64,000 bases of DNA, taken from sequence record LC667451.1; one strand, 5' to 3'. Below are positions 28,509 to 38,600 of the stretch, one piece after another. Position 1 is the first letter of the stretch, and the number at the start of each line of letters is the position of its first letter. The notes under the pieces were generated by a model that saw only the letters and a list, made by a program, of their open reading frames with translations, was not told where the DNA came from and searched no databases. A program made the position numbers and the translations under genes.

Positions 28509-28545
28509 GTCATAGACGGGGACCCGAAGGTCCCCGTCTTATGCC
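28509..28545. terminator. GTCATA-hairpin-TATGCC bidirectional element
   Basis: GACGGGGAC-CCGAAG-GTCCCCGTC stem (UUCG loop on the minus strand); A-tract on the left. Confidence 0.78.
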
Positions 28546-28553
28546 GTCGATAA

Positions 28554-29891
28554 TTACATCGCGGTTTCAGCCAGTGCCTGCTCCAGCGCGGCTTCTTCCT
28601 TGTCCTTCTTTTCCAGCCAGGCGTTCGAGATCACCTTAGCTGATTGGCCGGTACGGTTGTTCTTGATCACCAGACCTTCACGCTTGCGCTTCGGATCGAA
28701 GTGACCCGGACCATCAGCCATCTTGAGCAGATCCTTCAGTTCAGCAGGCAACTTCAGGTTGGCATCCACCACGGGGATGTAGTTGACCTTCAGTGCCGCT
28801 GCGATCTGCCGGGCTTCTTCCGGCGGGAACTCGTACGAGCCATTGCCATACGCACGGTACATGTAGAAGGCGTTGTCCTTCAGACCTTCTGCATTGCGAT
28901 TGAAGTTCGGCCCGACCATCTCGCCTTGAATCGCTACAATCTTGCCTGCGGTGAACGGCAGGTCGTTGTAGTGATTGAAGTCCTGCAGGCGATCGATGAT
29001 ACCAAGCTTCTTCATCATCCGGACCAGCGGCACACCTTCGGCCGAATACGCTTTGAGCCAGGTCGGGAACGGACAGGCACCGCCGCGCAGACGTCGCGGA
29101 ATAAAGCGCATCCATGCCGCGATGTAAACCAGCAGCGATTCCTTGAAGGTGTACGGCACGTCTTCCGTGCGCAGCGAGAAATTGCGCTGGGCTACGCCCG
29201 GTCGCTTCGTTGCCAGATCCTGGTAGACCGTGGTCGATTCCCCGTCGAGCTTGATGGTCGCTTCGTAGGTGTCACCTTCTGCTACCCACTTGTCGTACTG
29301 CTTGCCGAGGTTCTGCACGCGTTCTTCGTCGGACTTGACGTGACCTTCGGGCCAGGGTTGCAGGCCGTCGATCAGAATGCCTTTGACGAGCCACATGCGC
29401 AGCTTCCACCACAGACTATTCGTGCCGCGTTGACCTTCCCCGCTGGCTTCACGCAGGCGTGCCTGGTAGAGCTTCCACTCTTCCGGCGACACGTATTTCA
29501 GCGCTTCGAGATTGTCGGTCAGATTCAGCCCGTCTTGCAAGCCCACGAGACCCAGATAGTTCAGGTGATCGACCGTAAGCAGCAGTCCTTGCGAGAGCAC
29601 GCCACGCAGGCGAATCGACTTGATGACCACGTACTGACGTTTGGTGTCACTGTCCGTACGGATCAGCATGCGCTTCATGTCGAAATCACCCCATGCCGGA
29701 CTGTCGACTGGAATGGATGCATCGATTTCGAAATAGAGCGCGAGGTCGCCCGGTTTGTACTGGTCCTTCAGGACGATACATTCCCAACCCCCTACGACGG
29801 CAATCTCCAAGAGGTCAGCCTTGGGGATCGGCTTGATGGCATCGACCGTCACGATCCGTGCCAGCTTGCGCGTTTCTTCTTTTACGAACAT
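28554..29891 (-). CDS. RNA ligase, DRB0094/Rnl2-like, with N-terminal OB-fold
   Basis: N-terminal 'RKLARIVTVDAIKPIPKADLLE..VGGW'; motif I 'IKLDGES', 'IQGEMVGP', 'REGLVIK' and 'KVISNAWL'. Confidence 0.88.
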   Translation of the reverse strand: MFVKEETRKLARIVTVDAIKPIPKADLLEIAVVGGWECIVLKDQYKPGDLALYFEIDASIPVDSPAWGDFDMKRMLIRTDSDTKRQYVVIKSIRLRGVLSQGLLLTVDHLNYLGLVGLQDGLNLTDNLEALKYVSPEEWKLYQARLREASGEGQRGTNSLWWKLRMWLVKGILIDGLQPWPEGHVKSDEERVQNLGKQYDKWVAEGDTYEATIKLDGESTTVYQDLATKRPGVAQRNFSLRTEDVPYTFKESLLVYIAAWMRFIPRRLRGGACPFPTWLKAYSAEGVPLVRMMKKLGIIDRLQDFNHYNDLPFTAGKIVAIQGEMVGPNFNRNAEGLKDNAFYMYRAYGNGSYEFPPEEARQIAAALKVNYIPVVDANLKLPAELKDLLKMADGPGHFDPKRKREGLVIKNNRTGQSAKVISNAWLEKKDKEEAALEQALAETAM

Positions 29892-29899
29892 ATTCTTCT

Positions 29900-30490
29900 C
29901 TAAGGTTTATCGAAGTGGTCTTTGGTGATCTCACCCATGAGCCGTACTCGCCAGCCCATGGACTCCAGATGGCTCTTGGCATGTTGCACAAAGAGATGTC
30001 GGTGACAGAACACGCCGTCCGGACAGTAGCAACCATAGGCCGCGTACGGATAGATCGACAGACGATCCCACACGGCCCGATGCATGTCACGGGACTCCAC
30101 CATCTTGTCTTCGTACAGTTCGGTGTAGGACTGCTCGCTTAACCGCCCTGCCTTGTACGCCTTCACATTCTCCCAATCGGGAGCAAACGCTGCGACCCCA
30201 GACTTCGCTGTCGTATCGATTAGCTTGATGTGGTCGACATCACGCCCAATTCGGACGTCGATAGCCGGTGTGGGAGTCGAGTTGTTCTTCGACGCTGGGT
30301 CGCTTGGAGTCGACGACGACGGGCTTGGGCTGGGGGACTTTGAGCTCTTGTCCGCGCTTGGCGAGGTCGCGTTGAGTAGACGCCACTGGCCAAGTTGTAT
30401 TGTCCACAAGAAAAAGTGGAACGGGCGCTCCAATGGACTTGTGTCGGTAGACGAGGTGTCGGAATTTGGCAAGGGTCGGTCCTCCAGCAC
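29900..30490 (-). CDS. DUF488-like conserved jumbo-phage protein with a Ser/Pro-rich insertion
   Basis: 'WTIQLGQWR', 'IDTTAKSG..FAPDW' and 'CYCPDGVFCHRHL' (CxC..CHR motif typical of DUF488-like proteins). Confidence 0.7.
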   Translation of the reverse strand: MLEDRPLPNSDTSSTDTSPLERPFHFFLWTIQLGQWRLLNATSPSADKSSKSPSPSPSSSTPSDPASKNNSTPTPAIDVRIGRDVDHIKLIDTTAKSGVAAFAPDWENVKAYKAGRLSEQSYTELYEDKMVESRDMHRAVWDRLSIYPYAAYGCYCPDGVFCHRHLFVQHAKSHLESMGWRVRLMGEITKDHFDKP

Positions 30491-31022
30491 GATGGTTCAG
30501 CGTTTCCCACTCGGACGATTCCAGCACGTAACCCGCTGCATGTAGCGTATCGTCGGTGAGCGGTTTGTTGTTCGGCGTACCAGTGAAGGTCACTTCTTCG
30601 GCACGGGTTGCCGGAGCCTGCACGTCGTGGTACTGCGCGATGTGAATCTTGCTCACGAAGTTACGCTGGAAGAACTGCGCGTTCAGACCGTACAGGTTGA
30701 TGATGCTACCTGCGTAGTCGACCATGAAGTGGCCGATCTCGTACTCGTTCTCGCCCTTGATGTAATCCCAGTTGTCTTCGCGGTACGCTTTCGAGATGTC
30801 GTCGATGTGGCTGCCGTTCATATCGAGCCGATGCGGCGCAGCATGGAACGCTTTACAGAGGCTATACGCCTCGTCTTCACAGTGCAGCACCTGACCCTCC
30901 AGGATGTTGCGCAAACGGCGCAGAGAGGCCTCTAATAAGGCCGGAGCACCATTCACGTAGACCGGTTCGCCGCGCTGGTTCAAAGTGACGATCATCTGCA
31001 CGTTTTCTTTACGAATATTCAC
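30240..31022 (-). CDS. Hypothetical protein (260 aa) overlapping the next gene by about 250 nt
   Basis: Long ORF with good codon bias, including in the overlap. Confidence 0.7.
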   Translation of the reverse strand: MNIRKENVQMIVTLNQRGEPVYVNGAPALLEASLRRLRNILEGQVLHCEDEAYSLCKAFHAAPHRLDMNGSHIDDISKAYREDNWDYIKGENEYEIGHFMVDYAGSIINLYGLNAQFFQRNFVSKIHIAQYHDVQAPATRAEEVTFTGTPNNKPLTDDTLHAAGYVLESSEWETLNHRAGGPTLAKFRHLVYRHKSIGAPVPLFLVDNTTWPVASTQRDLAKRGQELKVPQPKPVVVDSKRPSVEEQLDSHTGYRRPNWA

Positions 31023-31121
31023 GGTAGTTCTCTGTAACGACGGAAAAAAAGAAAGGAAAACCTCCTGGGACCCAAAGGCCCCAGGAGTACTACCACAACG
31101 CCCCCGTAGCGACAGCGGTGG

Positions 31122-31583
31122 TTAGTCGGCCAGCAGCGATGCTGCTTGGTCCGTCAGGTGATCGCGAACCTTCTTGAATTCGCCGCGGTGCTGAGCGCCG
31201 CCGTAGAAGTCGAGCTTCATCGCGCCCGTGCCGTACTTCGTGGTCGATTCGGTCGCGCCCGGTGCGCGCACTTGCGACGAGTGCTCGAACACGCCCTTGA
31301 ACGCCGACTTGCCGACCGTCGGGATCGAGATGTTGACTTCCTTCAGGTCCTTGTGCTTCTTCATCTGCGGCAGCGAGGCTTCGCCGAGCGCGAGGTAGGC
31401 GGCCGCGCCGAACAGCGTGTTGTGGTCGTCGATCGCTTGCACGACTTCCTTCGTCACGCCTTCGGGCAGCAGCGTCACGTACAGTTCGTCGGGTACGGTA
31501 GCCTGGCCGGTCTTCGCGTCGATCTTGATTTCCTTCTTGATCTTGGCTGCCAGATCAGTCGTTGCTTGCTTGATGTCGCTCAT
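31122..31583 (-). CDS. Abundant conserved hypothetical protein (153 aa)
   Basis: AAGGAAG SD; extreme G/C-ending codon bias; own terminator hairpin (about 31062-31087). Confidence 0.85.
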   Translation of the reverse strand: MSDIKQATTDLAAKIKKEIKIDAKTGQATVPDELYVTLLPEGVTKEVVQAIDDHNTLFGAAAYLALGEASLPQMKKHKDLKEVNISIPTVGKSAFKGVFEHSSQVRAPGATESTTKYGTGAMKLDFYGGAQHRGEFKKVRDHLTDQAASLLAD

Positions 31584-31654
31584 GATGCTTCCTTGTTTAT
31601 CAGTTTAGAAAGTGGGTCTGTACTGCGTGAGGTTTACAACAAAAGTCCTTGAGC

Positions 31655-32164
31655 TCAAGAACCGCTGCGGTTACCACCACTTCGGGCATGCAGCGTGTTT
31701 CCCGAAGCTTGTCGCGGAGCCGTACGGTTATTGCTTCCGTAGGTCCGCGGCGTTTTGGTGTCGTACGTCCGAGGAGCCGGACGCGACGACGAGAACTTGT
31801 TGGCCAGTTGCGTGACCGCTTCGACCTTGGCCGATTCCGCAATCGGCTTTTCGATGCGCACGCTCTTGAGCGCGGGCGTGCTGAGCAGATAGCCCTTGAG
31901 AACGACGGCGCCTTTTGCCAGCTTCTCGAGCGCGTTTTCTTTGCCACCGAAGACGATGTACTTGCCTTCGTGCTTGAAGAAGATGATCGGGCCGTTGTCG
32001 TACTCTGCACATTCCTTCGACAGCTTGACCAGGTCAATCATCCCCTCGTTGAAGTGATGCAATTCCGAGAGCTTGACTTCAACGGGCGGACCCGACTTGC
32101 CTTTGGCTGCAACCTTGGCCAGCGGGAACTGCTGATCCTTGAACGTCAGAATGATGTTGTCCAT
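31655..32164 (-). CDS. Hypothetical protein with basic disordered C-terminus (169 aa)
   Basis: GAAGG SD; R/S/G-rich tail. Confidence 0.75.
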   Translation of the reverse strand: MDNIILTFKDQQFPLAKVAAKGKSGPPVEVKLSELHHFNEGMIDLVKLSKECAEYDNGPIIFFKHEGKYIVFGGKENALEKLAKGAVVLKGYLLSTPALKSVRIEKPIAESAKVEAVTQLANKFSSSRPAPRTYDTKTPRTYGSNNRTAPRQASGNTLHARSGGNRSGS

Positions 32165-32359
32165 GATACCTTCGAAAGTTTCCTTGTTTAAAAGCGCGAT
32201 TTACGTATCGCATAGCAGTAGGTACGCGCGTAATTATTTTACGCGTTTGAGCGGTTTTCGTTTCTAGCTCTGGTTAGTGATATATGTCTAACTAATCTTT
32301 GAATCGTGCGAATTTCGGGCATAGACCCCAGGGTTTCCCCCTGGGGCTACGCGAATGGC

Positions 32360-33145
32360 TTACCACTCCAGGAATGCAGGCTTCTTCATGCCCTTGGTTT
32401 CCGACAGATCCCAACCCATTGACTGGAACAGTTCCTGTCCCGTCAACACAGCGGCGGATTCCATCGCGAAACGTGAGTTCTGACGCATCGAGCGCTCCAG
32501 CGTCCCGCGGCTGAAGAGGTGATCGAACTCGGCGGTATTCCGATCCGATGCACTTTCCAGCGCAGGTGCCTTGAACTTCTCGGCAACGGCCAGACCCGGT
32601 TCCAGCACCTGGTCCCACGTGACGATGGTGCGCAGAATGCGCTTGCATACACCACGATCCATGAAGTCGTCGGTGAAGGCCCGGATCGAGAAGCAGACGT
32701 TCTCGTTCGGGTTCTCCAGCGAGCGACGCAGCTGTTCACCTTGCGGACCACTCGGATAGACTTTCGAGATGATGGCCACAACAGGATTGCCCTGCTCGTC
32801 CTTCACCCGATCGAAATCCAGGTAGACCTCTTTGTGATGGCAGCACACGTTGTCTTCGTAGATCGACATCACGCGTTGTGCGAATTGTTCCTCGCTCATG
32901 CCAGGCAGCGGCTTGGGGTGACCCAGTTCGCCACGCAGCACACCGCGTTTGACACGTCGCATGAACGTGCTCGAGCTCTCGAACAGATCGCGGGCCTGCT
33001 CGTACACGTAGTACTGGCCGACCGAGTTGAAGATGTTCAGAGCACCGACCACTAGCTCGTAGTAGCCCGACTCGTCCTTCTTCAAGACCCCTGCTTTGTT
33101 CGACGCAGCGAGCGACGTACACGCGAATCGAATTTGATTGCCCAT
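32360..33145 (-). CDS. Prohead (head maturation) serine protease, phiKZ gp175-like
   Basis: 'LRGELGHP' (His), 'FSIRAFT' (Ser) and 'IVTWD.V.EPG'; C-terminal self-cleavage-type sites 'ALES' and 'AMES'. Confidence 0.88.
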   Translation of the reverse strand: MGNQIRFACTSLAASNKAGVLKKDESGYYELVVGALNIFNSVGQYYVYEQARDLFESSSTFMRRVKRGVLRGELGHPKPLPGMSEEQFAQRVMSIYEDNVCCHHKEVYLDFDRVKDEQGNPVVAIISKVYPSGPQGEQLRRSLENPNENVCFSIRAFTDDFMDRGVCKRILRTIVTWDQVLEPGLAVAEKFKAPALESASDRNTAEFDHLFSRGTLERSMRQNSRFAMESAAVLTGQELFQSMGWDLSETKGMKKPAFLEW

Positions 33146-33170
33146 ACTGGTTCTCGTTCGTTGGTTCTGC

Positions 33171-33896
33171 TCACGCTCTCAACAGTGACTCAATGCGCTC
33201 GACCCGATCGCTCGGATTCACGAGTGCACTGACCAACGCGTCACCGAAGTACGACCCTGCGAGCTTATTGGTCGTATTGGTCGCTGCAAACTGGACGGAG
33301 CGCAGCGGGATAAAGGCTGGACGATTGGTCTGGAGTTGATCCAGCGCCGTCACCGTCATTCGGTAGTTCTTGTTCCGATCCTTCTCATCGCGCGCGATCA
33401 TCGAAATGATCAGCTCCGTGACTTCCTGGTTCGCCCCGATGTTCGCACCGGCGTGGTACTTGGCCGTGTCGAAGATTTTCGCGAGTTCGAGGTAGCCGAG
33501 ATACCAGGGTACCCGGCCTTTCGAGATGACCTCGTCGTAGATTTTGTACACCAGCACGTCGTTCTTCACCAGATCTACACTGGGGCAGATAACGCTACCG
33601 GCTTCAAAACTGAACTCGTAATAGTCGTCGCCTTCGATTTGCACCTTCAGCGTTGACGTGGGATTGATCGGCAACATGGCGTTGACAATCGAGACCCCGT
33701 AGTACGTGTCCTCTACGACGATGGCATAAACACCCACGATGTAGGTGTCGATGCCAATCTGTGCGAGTGCTCGTTCTTCAAAGCGGGCGGGGATGTAGAT
33801 CTTCACCAGCTTCTTGCAAACGAGGCTTCCGTCGGGAAGCTCTTCGAGGTAAGCCTGTACGCGCTTGGGATCACGAATGAGCTTGCTCACGTCCAT
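33171..33896 (-). CDS. Conserved virion protein (241 aa), phiKZ gp176-like by synteny
   Basis: GGAGG SD; lies between the protease and RNAP genes; 'TTNKLAGSYF'. Confidence 0.72.
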   Translation of the reverse strand: MDVSKLIRDPKRVQAYLEELPDGSLVCKKLVKIYIPARFEERALAQIGIDTYIVGVYAIVVEDTYYGVSIVNAMLPINPTSTLKVQIEGDDYYEFSFEAGSVICPSVDLVKNDVLVYKIYDEVISKGRVPWYLGYLELAKIFDTAKYHAGANIGANQEVTELIISMIARDEKDRNKNYRMTVTALDQLQTNRPAFIPLRSVQFAATNTTNKLAGSYFGDALVSALVNPSDRVERIESLLRA

Positions 33897-33910
33897 GACT
33901 TACCTCCGGC

Positions 33911-35398
33911 TTAACCAGCGACAACGACAGGCGCGGCTTGTTGCTCAGCCGCCTTCATGGTCTTGGCGTCGACCACGTACACCTGCGTCGCCACCCACCA
34001 GGCCACATATTCGATCACCGAGATTTCCGCGGCTTCACGAATGTCGAGTTCCGGGTTCTTCTTCTTGATCCGGTCGATGCCGCCGAGGATACGTTCGGCT
34101 TCGGTACGGATAAAGCGCGAGCGGCACACCAGGCGCAGCGCGAGCGAGTACAGGCATTCCAGATCCGACTCGACGACATCATCAAGCAGCACGTCGAAAC
34201 GGTTGATCGCCTTTTCGACATCGATGTTCGCACGTTCTGCGTCATCCATGTCGCGCATTTGCGTGCGGAACACCGATGCGAGGGCTTCCTTGGTGCGGGC
34301 GAAACGCTTGTTCTGCTCGACCGTGGTGACCAGCGCCGAATGGTTCGCCCAGGCGCGCTTGAGCGCTTGTGCGTTTTCTTCGATGTCCGCCAGCATCACG
34401 TACGGATTGCTTTGCAGCAGGTTGCCGAACAGCACATCGTTCTCGCCACCCTCGTCCAGCCACTTGCGGTAGAGGTTGTCGTTCACGACGATGTTGTTGG
34501 TGGTGAACTTGACCACCAGTGCGCCGGAGCGTTCTGCTTGATCGATCGCGTCCAGTTCACGGCACAAATGGGCCGCTGCCTGGTCACGGAAGTCCGCCAT
34601 CAGCGTCTCGTACGACTGCAGGCTCATGGTGATGCCGTCGAGCGGGTTGTCCACCAGCTTGCGCGCGAGCAGGAAGATCACCAGCGCGTTGTCCAGACCG
34701 CATTCCGAATCTTGCAGGAAGTCGACGAAGCGCTTGGGGCGCGTATCGACGATGTCGGCTTGCGTTTGCTGGAACAGATCACGCCAGATGCCCATCAGGC
34801 AACCGTCACCCAGCGTCGAGGCGAACTGTTCGATGTCGCCATCGATCGAGCCCGAACCGGTCTTCATCAGTTCGACGATTTCGTCGCCGGTCTGATCCGG
34901 CAGATCGAACGAGAGCGCGGGGCTGTTCAGCGGCGTTTCTTCGTACTTGCGCACCATCGCATCGAACGAGGGGTTCGACAACGGAGCGGGGACTTCTTCG
35001 ACCGTGACTTCCATGCCGAGCAGCTTGTCCGGCGTCTGGTGTGACAGCAGTTCCGTGGTCCGGGTGACGAGTTCGTCGACTGCCGGTGCCACGACTTCAC
35101 GGGCGTGCTTGATGTGGCCTTGCACGGCCGGAATGCACACCCCCGAGATGTCGTCGAGTGCTTCGTCGTGTTGGCTTTCACCGAACACGGGGTCCTTGGC
35201 CGCTGCCGACAGGGCCATTTGCTGCACGTCGACCTTGATGGTCACGCCGTCGGTCGCCGAGACGACTTCTTCGCCGCTACGCGTGCGGGCGCACAGAATC
35301 TCGAGCGGGGTATCCGGACGGGCCAGGGCGACGAAGCCGCGCTGATCCAGACGCTCGGCCAGCGGCAGTGCACTTTGCAGTGCTTCGATGGTCAACAT
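33911..35398 (-). CDS. Conserved hypothetical/virion protein (495 aa), phiKZ gp177-like by synteny
   Basis: Long biased ORF in the RNAP-protease operon. Confidence 0.75.
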   Translation of the reverse strand: MLTIEALQSALPLAERLDQRGFVALARPDTPLEILCARTRSGEEVVSATDGVTIKVDVQQMALSAAAKDPVFGESQHDEALDDISGVCIPAVQGHIKHAREVVAPAVDELVTRTTELLSHQTPDKLLGMEVTVEEVPAPLSNPSFDAMVRKYEETPLNSPALSFDLPDQTGDEIVELMKTGSGSIDGDIEQFASTLGDGCLMGIWRDLFQQTQADIVDTRPKRFVDFLQDSECGLDNALVIFLLARKLVDNPLDGITMSLQSYETLMADFRDQAAAHLCRELDAIDQAERSGALVVKFTTNNIVVNDNLYRKWLDEGGENDVLFGNLLQSNPYVMLADIEENAQALKRAWANHSALVTTVEQNKRFARTKEALASVFRTQMRDMDDAERANIDVEKAINRFDVLLDDVVESDLECLYSLALRLVCRSRFIRTEAERILGGIDRIKKKNPELDIREAAEISVIEYVAWWVATQVYVVDAKTMKAAEQQAAPVVVAG

Positions 35399-35399
35399 G

Positions 35400-35597
35400 T
35401 TATTCGCCCCCGAGGTACTTACCCACAGCTTCCTGGAACTTCAGCTGCGCGAGATTGAAAATGGTGCTGCGCGTGAGAGGCGAGCCGTTGATGGTGTCCG
35501 CTACGTCGTTGCCGACGACTCCCAGGACAATGGCTGCGACCAGCTCGGCACCGTTGCCGAGGGTGCAGACAGTCCGATGCGAATCTTGCAATTGCAT
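35400..35597 (-). CDS. Small hypothetical protein (65 aa)
   Basis: Stop abuts the next start; TAGGA SD; biased codons. Confidence 0.65.
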   Translation of the reverse strand: MQLQDSHRTVCTLGNGAELVAAIVLGVVGNDVADTINGSPLTRSTIFNLAQLKFQEAVGKYLGGE

Positions 35598-35686
35598 GAT
35601 TTTTCCTATCTAGTGGACGGAATTGAAAGGACGTGAATAAAGGCAAAGTAGACTGCTGAGGCTTACACCCCAGCAGCCCGCTTTCG

Positions 35687-38600
35687 TTAGCTCTTGTAGG
35701 CAGCGACTGCTCGCTTCGCAATCACGTCCAACAGCGTGGTGGTCGTGCCAATAATCGCAGGGCTATTCACAATACGATCGTAGACACTCTTGTAACCGAA
35801 GACACAATCAATGATCGTGCCAGACTCCGTCTTCAGTTCCCGCTCCATCACCTTGCCGAACACCGTCTTCATCTGGTTGGCAAACACGCCCTTATCGCCC
35901 ACACCTGCGCCCACGTCGGCCGTGATGTAGATCTGGATCGCCATGGTATCCAACGCCAAGGGTTCCCCGTCTACCCGGAAGCCCTCGTCGGTGCTCCCAG
36001 TAAAGCTCTTACGTCCCGCAGAACGGTGACGTTTAGCCAATTCACGATCCGATGCATTCGCCAGGTTGCGAAGCGATTCCGACATGTCTTCCTTGTCGCC
36101 ATGATAGAAGACTTCGATGCGTTCAACCACACCCTTCGACTTCGATTGCGGAGCCTGCGCAGACAACAAACGCAGAGTATCCAACGACTCTTCATCGAAG
36201 AGGTTATTGTTCGCGGTGACCGCGTCCTCGATTATGCATAAGATGTCCTCGCTTGCCACGCTCTGGCCCAGTTTTACCAGGCGCCGAACCGACTGATCGA
36301 AGTTCACCACGATCTTGCGAACCTTGGTGGTCTTCGTCATCAACAAGCCCGAGACACGCTTACTAATCGCCGAGGAGTCTTCCAGTGTATCGGTTGACTC
36401 CATCAGGACCGTTTTGACGATCGCACCTGCTTTCCACACCACGCCATTCGGATTCAACGTATCCCGCTCGAAGAACCCTGTGTTGTGGCAGAGCAAATCC
36501 CCCGCCTTAAACTCCTGCCCTTCCTTGACATCCGCCACGACCATGTGAGCGACCGTGAGACCTGCTGCGTTACCGTAGCGACGTCCCAGGTCAATCCCCT
36601 TACGGGTGCCGTCCGCGTACTCGATGATCATGCCGGTGTCCGACACACTGATCACCTTGCCGTCCTTCTTAGCCGTATAGGCGTAGAGATCCGACGTACG
36701 ATGGGCCAACACTTGCTCGTACCCGGTACGCACCGACATCTGGGTATAGCCTTCGCACGCGATCGCGTGTGAGTGCTGAATGCCCACGAAGTTCACCCGC
36801 TTCGCGTCGTCCTTGTCCGAACCTGGTGAGAGGAGCGCCGCTGTCGACAGCAACGCCGTCGCACCGGTTTCACCAATCACGTAAGGCTTGGACGTCCCAC
36901 GCAGCGAATCAAACTGCGGGTCAGCCGACAGATACGTATTGATGGCCACATCCGAGGAGTCCTTCGTCGACTCGGAGATGGTCCCCATGTCGTTACGATG
37001 GTACACCCGCGTGCGCTTGGTCATCGAGCGTGAACCACGTCCACCCGTCCCCGAGAACGTTACGGCTTCCACGTCCTTCAGGTTTTCCACCGGGTTGATG
37101 TCCGACACCTGGTTCTTGGCCGGGTCCGTCTGAATTGCCGTCCAGACCGCGTACGGGTTCAGATCGATCGGATGCTTGTTCTTACCCGGACGACCGTTGT
37201 GAATCCGGATCGAACGAATCAGTTCCGCATACACGGCACCTGCCATCCGCTCGTAGCCCTTGATCCGCATGTACTTCGGATCGAGTTCATCCGGGTGGTG
37301 ATCGCTCAGCAGCATCTGCACTGAACGCAACAGCAAGCCCTGGAACTTGACCGGTTCATGCATAGCCAACAACAGTTCCTTGGTGATCGGATCGATAAAC
37401 ATCTGGTACATCAAGTCGATCTCGCGCAGATACCGCTCGCTGCGTCCACCCGCTTCCAGGATGTTCAGATACACCCCACGTCGGTCGAACTCGTAGACGC
37501 TGTAGTTGCGAATCCCGCGGTGATACTCATTGAAGCCCGCGAGGATCATCGAGGCAAACGTATCGCGACGATCAAAGATGAGCGTCTCATCCGCAAACTG
37601 GATGGCGTATTCGAAGTCTTCCAGATTCAGACGCTGTCCGGCGTGCACACGACGTGCCGTCACCTTCAGTGCCTTCATGAGCTTTTCCAAGCCCAGCTGG
37701 TAACCGAGAATCACCCCCAGCGGAATGGTGCGACCCAGGACCTTCAGTTCCGCAAACTCCACCGGTGCTTTCTTCGCATCCAGATCGAGCAGCTTCTCGA
37801 AGTCCGGCACGATGTCACCGTTATCCACCTGACCGTCGTCACGCGGCGTGATGAGCATCATGATGCCGTCTTTGTTCATCACGATGTACTCGCCACCTTC
37901 GGCTTGCCCGCAGACGATGCTGCCATTCTGTTCCAGACGTTGCAGCACGGCCGGACCATACAGGCCTTCACGCTTCGAGTGATCGAAGAGGAAGTTCAGC
38001 TTCTTCGGGAAATGCGCCGAATCAATGGTGAAGCCACGGAAGCCCATCGCCATCGTCGAATACAGACGCGGACATTCGAAGAGGTTATCGAACATGTCAC
38101 CCGGATGCAGATTCACCACCGTGGTGTTCTCGTTGTCGAGCCCCATGGCCATGATCGCATTGCGCAACCAGGCGGCCTTATCATTCACCCGCTTCTCACT
38201 CCGGCTCACAAAGAGCTTACCGTAGTAGGACGTCAATGCCACGCGGTCCGGTGCGATCTTGCGGATCGGCAAATCACCCTTTTGCTTACGGATGCGATAA
38301 CGCGTACCGTTCGCCATGTAGGTGCCGTCATCACTCAAGAGCGGCAGCTTGAAGTGCAGTGTCGAAGCCGTGCCTTGCACCGGTACGATCCGGACATGGT
38401 ACATGACGTACGAACCCATCACGTCGTGCACTTCTTCCCGTTCGTAGGACGTTACGCAGATACCGGCGTTCTGCAAGGCCAGCACCATCGCGGCCACGTC
38501 CTTCTCCAGCAGTTCTTCGATATAGCGCTGATCGAACTCCAGCAGCGACGACTTGAGCATCGTCTTGTCGAGCACCGTGGGAATGTCCTTGATCGCCTTG

